Positions 59,221 to 64,000 of a DNA stretch of 64,000 nt are shown one piece after another. The stretch lies in NCBI GenBank assembly GCA_000708835.1, contig DF237035.1, positions 7,899 through 71,898 on the forward strand. Direction: 5' to 3'. Each line of letters begins with the position of its first letter. Position 1 is the first letter of the stretch. This DNA comes from Klebsormidium nitens (Eukaryota > Plantae > Klebsormidiophyceae). A program made the translations under genes and the position numbers. The notes below the pieces were generated by a model. The model worked only from the letters and a program-made list of their open reading frames with translations. It was not told the origin of the DNA and did no database searches.

Positions 59221-62200
59221 CTAAGGAATTGAGGTTTCCGATTCGTACACGTGTCCGTCCTCTTCATCGTACGGTGGCAGGCCCCACTCGTGCGGCTGGA
59301 ACTCGTCCAACGACTTCAACACCTGGTGCGCGCCGTGGTGCAGGCTGGCGTCCAGGTTCTCGTCCGGAACCATGACGACCGACCTGCGGACAAGCGCGGA
59401 CGTTATGGACAGGGCGACCATAATACACGAGAACACCTGCCATCATTCTTTGAGTAGATTCAATCTCTCGGAGTTGCCAACGGCTCCGGTTTACTGCTTT
59501 GTATTTTCGTTCTTCTTCTTATACCACTCCCAATCAATGAGCGAGCTGAATGCCTGGGATCGCCTTAGAGGCAGGGGGCCGACACTGCACAAAAGATCTG
59601 TGTATGTCGCGGTAAGAGGTGGCGATTGCATGCTCATCTTCAGATCGGGTACTTTCGTTTTAGACTTGTCTAGAGGACAGGCTTGCATCACCCTTGCACC
59701 GAAGATGCCTCGTCACCTTGTGAAAGACGTTCCGAATCCACTGATCGAGAAACCGCGTCTAACTCGGTACTCAAGATGGCCAGTGTTCCTTACGCTTCTT
59801 CGTCCGCGGCCACTTTCAATTGGAGAGCGTCCTCCGAGCAGGCGATGTAATAAGCACACAATTTGCGATGGACTTGCAAAGCCGTTGCTTCCGCTGATCT
59901 ACTCCGCCGCATGGGGCTGATTCATGCTCAGAACATACCCCCCGCAGCAAGAAAACTTCTGAAGGACTCACATTTCCGCGGCTCGTGCTGCCCTCACTCC
60001 GCTAGGTGCGTCTTCGAAGACAAGGACGTACTCGGGTGCCGGGGCAGGGGGCTGCAGCAAGAGGAGAACATCTCAGGTGGTTGTCAAAGCTCGGGCGATC
60101 AGACGTCTTTCAAAACTCGGGCTTCAAACCAACGAACGAGTCTCTAAGGCGCGAAATGGTCGAGCTCTTTGTTAACGGACACTTCCGTTGGCTGCCCAAC
60201 CCATAGCAGCGCTCCAAGGCTAGGTCAGATTATGAGTCGAGAAACATCTCTGCCTCTCACACGACTTCGTGACATGATCGACCTCAGCACGTTCCGATTG
60301 CAAACCGTTTTCCACATCCCAGGTTGCAACGGGACACCTGACACATCATGCGGACTTTAGTTCGTGAAACTCGAATTAGGAGAAGCCGGATTGCAAGCTA
60401 GCGATGGAGGAGCCTCACGTCGAATCTAGAGGCGGCCGCTTCGAAGATGTCGGGAGCGGGCTTGCCCTTCTTTACTGCCGGGTCGTCCCCAGTGATGACG
60501 TGGTGGAAGAGCTTGAAGAAGTCTTTGTGCCGGGTGGTCTTCAACTCGTAGTGGCGACGGTGGGAGCTGCGGAGTGCGAAGATTTGATTCGGTCAGTTTC
60601 ACGAAACTTATCAAAACTACTCACATCTGCTCGAAGCTTGTACTTTCCAGCACGCGAATCCGAAGGCATGCAAGAGCTGCTTGAGGATGTTGAGCTTCGT
60701 AACTCAGTCTCTTGAAAGTGACACGGTCAATCATTTTCAATCAAGTCGGCTTTTTAAGGTAGCCTACTGATATTTGTCGTTCTAGCCATTTACATGCGGA
60801 AGAACCAAAGCAAAACGTGAAAAACTTAACTTCGCTTCGGGCCCAAGGGTTTCGAGAGGCAAATTGCAACGAACGCTTCCCTACTAACGTCATTGCGAGC
60901 GGAGGTGATGGAGACTCAAAACACAGGATTTTGGCACACTTGCCATTTGGCTTTGCTTTGAAAGTGACACACTCGACGACCATAGTTAAAATCGCTCTGT
61001 CACATATAACAAGCGAATCTGTTGCCAGCCCAAGTTAACTGACGACTTCTTGAAAATGGCGTTGGCTGGGGGCCGTTCAGTCTTCCGCTGCTTTTGCTTA
61101 TAGAGCGACTGAGTGTTTGATAAATCGACCTCCCAGTATTCATTATCAAACAGCCGAAATAGGGACTGGCAAACGTACATACTTGGAACTGATAAGGACT
61201 CTTCAAGGAGCAAATTACATTTGCTCAATAACGAAGATAGAATCGTCTGCCAAGAAAAAAAGAAATACGAAAAGCTGCCATTTCAAAGCCTAACCTAAGA
61301 CCTCTCCTTACTGTTCCAAGGACGCAATTTCTTTGCACCTGCGTCAAACCTCTTGAATGAATGAGCCCCTCAGCTCTTACCTGGTTGCCACAGCCATGGG
61401 CACCCGCTTGGCCGCCAAGTGGCGAACCATCCTGTCGACACCTGGCAGCAGGTTAGCGTCCGGGAACAACTTGGCCAGCATCTCCTCCCTTTCCTCCAGA
61501 AACCCCTCTGGCGCCAGCTCGTCTTGCAGGCCCGTTTCATCAATGAAGATCTTTGCGGCATCGAGCGCGGGCTTGCCAATCATCTTTGACTTGAGCGCCC
61601 AGTCAAAGGTCTTGCCGAACCGCTTCAGAATCTCGACTTGCACAATGGTGTAGAAGCGCTCCGTGTCTGGAGAAATGAAAAAGTCCATTAGGAGACTGGA
61701 GACTAGTCCAAGATGAAGTGGATCAACAATCATTGAGCTGCAAGAGTCACTGAATAAAGAACGGAGGGCAAGTGGAAGCAGATCATGCGTGGCTTGTTGA
61801 ATTGTCACCTGACTGTGATTTATTGTCAGCGGAAAGAAGCCCATGATGTCCCCTACAGAATCTTGCTGGAAACATTGCAGCGGAGCACGATTCATGGCTC
61901 CTTTCAAAGTGGGGCATTAGGGAAATTGATCGCACACGTTCAATTGCTCTGGCAAACTTTGACTTCTGAAAGAAGTGCGTCACAGTGGTGTCTACCAGAC
62001 TTTCACAAACTGGTTCACAAAGCTCCCTGCCAGTCAAATAGCCAGGGTTTACATTTCCAAGTCCGCAAACTAGGTGCGGAACGCTACTCACCGAGCAGCA
62101 GCCCGTCCATGTCAAACAGAATGTGCGTGATCTTCCGCCGCTCATTGTGCACTCCTCCCGAAATTGCGCCATGCAGAATTCCGGGGCCAAGCACGGGTGC

Positions 62201-62512
62201 GGTGGCAACTGCGCCGTCACTATCTACGGGAGCGATCGCTATCTTCACCCCTACCTCCGATTGTTTGCTCTTCATTATGAAACTCTCGGCCTTGTCGGCA
62301 GCGGGAACTTCGTCCTCCATGTTCGTCTCGCGTCCGCTCATTCTAGTTGCAATGTGAAGGCAGCGCTTGTGGTTGCTCCAGAGGGACTGGGAGAGGTTTG
62401 GAAACTTGAACCTGCTCGGGTTGAGAGGGTTTCTGCCAATGTGCTGGGCACCAATGGTGGATTGAAGAGCGTGAAGAGCTGGACGAAGGGCAACCCTTGA
62501 AAACGCCCTCAT
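59221..62512 (-). CDS. HAD-superfamily phosphatase, GPP1/GPP2 (GS1-like / HDHD1) type, with N-terminal extension, 5 exons, 365 aa
   Basis: Exons 62092-62512, 61381-61666, 60419-60566, 59972-60051, 59221-59383 (1098 nt). HAD motifs [32 protein letters not shown]; C-terminus WGLPPY. Confidence 0.93.
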
Positions 62513-63389
62513 TAACCGGAGCTCAAATCGCCAGATTCGCGTTTCACACACACTCCATGACACCGGCGAGCTATCACTTCTGCTAATATCAAGGCACTGC
62601 AACTTCTTTTGCGGCCCGCACCCAGATGCTCGTCGGTTGACAGCCACTCTGGACAAGCTTGGCGCCTGAATCCCACATTTACCTTTCAATCTGGGCAACA
62701 AAGTCGTCTACAAATCTACCCTGAATTCAAGCGTCCTTCAGCCCTTTCATGCTTATGCAACCAGTGCGAGCTTTGCAGTGTATATAAAGTGTGGGCTGGC
62801 AGTGGGACTCTGAGAAGCGCAATGTCCACTGCGGCTGCCTGAGTTTTGAAAGCTGCCAGTGCCTGGTTAGATCAGTAACCGAAATCACACAGGCACCCTG
62901 GTTACAGCTTTGCCTCCTCTCCAAGTCACCTCCGTTATCGTTCAGTGTCTGGTGGACCGGTAGCTCGCGGCCTCCAAATAATATATTGTGTAGTCTAGAC
63001 AACCGCCGGTCCGGCGGCCGCCTGCTTGTCGGGCAACTTTGACCATTATCGGTGTAACCCGCCTGTTTTTCATTGGTCAAGCTCATAACCCCTGGTTTGC
63101 TGTGTCAAAGTGAAGGTTGCTGAGGGAAAAACCTCCCTGCATTTCTCTTCCACGAGGCAGACATGCATGATGGCATTGACTTCTCCACCCCCTCCTAGAA
63201 CGCTGCATGAAGGCTGCATGCCACTATGATGGCCCCCAGCTTGCTGCCCTGCAGGGCTGGGCTGGACGCCACAGCAACACCGGAAATGCCTCCCACATTT
63301 TGCAGCTCACCAGAGCGAAATTGCAGGCTGTTACAGCTGACTTGCTGTAAAGTTCTACCTAAACAGGCGCCGATTGCAACGTCAGCAAC

Positions 63390-63557
63390 ATGGCTCCCCC
63401 GGACTACAAAGACTTGTTCTCGATCAAGGGCAAGACCGCCCTGGTGACGGGGGCGTCATCGGGAATCGGGTCCCGCTTCTCTGTGTTCCTGGCATCGCAA
63501 GGGGCATCGGTGGTGGTGGCAGCCCGCCGGAAGGACAAGCTGCAAGATCTTGTGCTG
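63390..63557 (+). CDS. Short-chain dehydrogenase/reductase, first exon only (gene incomplete in this window)
   Basis: LFSIKGKTALVTGASSGIG (TGxxxGxG Rossmann motif) and VVVAARRKDKL. Exon end approximate. Confidence 0.85.
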
Positions 63558-64000
63558 GTCGGGACTACAATCTATCTGTTTCTATATGTTTTCAGTCCCC
63601 AGTTATGGCCTGTCTTATCATTCTTCTTTTTGCATACTTGGGGCATGACAGCGTAATGCTGACAGAGGATTGCATTTTGAACCAGGTGTGTCAAAGGCAA
63701 TTGCTGTGGAATATGGGTGTCGCAAAAGCCAGACATGCAGGATATGTATGGATGTGTGAATTTCTCATGTGAAGGGGGACATGGAACCACACAAGTAAAG
63801 GTTCGTGCCAACCAACACGCATCCAGTTACTTCTAAGAATAGGGGAAAAGACATCACGGAAGCAATCCAGAGGCTGCACTCGCATGTTCAGGAACTCTGC
63901 CATACCCAATCCGATCAGACTGCTGTCTGATAGGTGGTGGGGGAATAACAAACTTGAAGAGCTCAAAATTGTCCTCCCGTTGAAAGCAGAAGGGAAGATG

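Overview
Intron-rich eukaryotic nuclear DNA from a streptophyte. The plant-type proteins, high-GC3 exons and 0.3-1.5 kb introns fit a charophyte alga such as Klebsormidium (inference, not verified). Exons were assembled by hand from GT/AG boundaries and reading frame. Twelve protein-coding genes are supported: cycloartenol synthase (-), NAD-IDH regulatory subunit (+), DUF4708/C18orf63-like protein with C-terminal SAP domain (-), cullin 3 (+), an unannotated double-hotdog-like protein (+), ABC1 kinase (-), plastid uL24 (+), NDUFB10 (-), saccharopine-dehydrogenase-like oxidoreductase (+), DRB2-type dsRNA-binding protein (-), HAD GPP/HDHD1-type phosphatase (-) and the start of an SDR (+). There is also a probable decayed LRR gene and a weak small gene. 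No rRNA, tRNA, CRISPR array or intact transposon was found. Four signals stand out. (1) Introns repeatedly carry tandem copies of the adjacent splice junction plus exon end, and the copies either have a mutated GT/AG or lead to a stop. (2) Genes sit in near-perfect head-to-head pairs. (3) A CpG-depleted zone lies just downstream of most gene starts. (4) Two poorly characterised proteins are present: a PAZ-like DUF4708+SAP protein and a bacterial-looking hotdog-fold enzyme.
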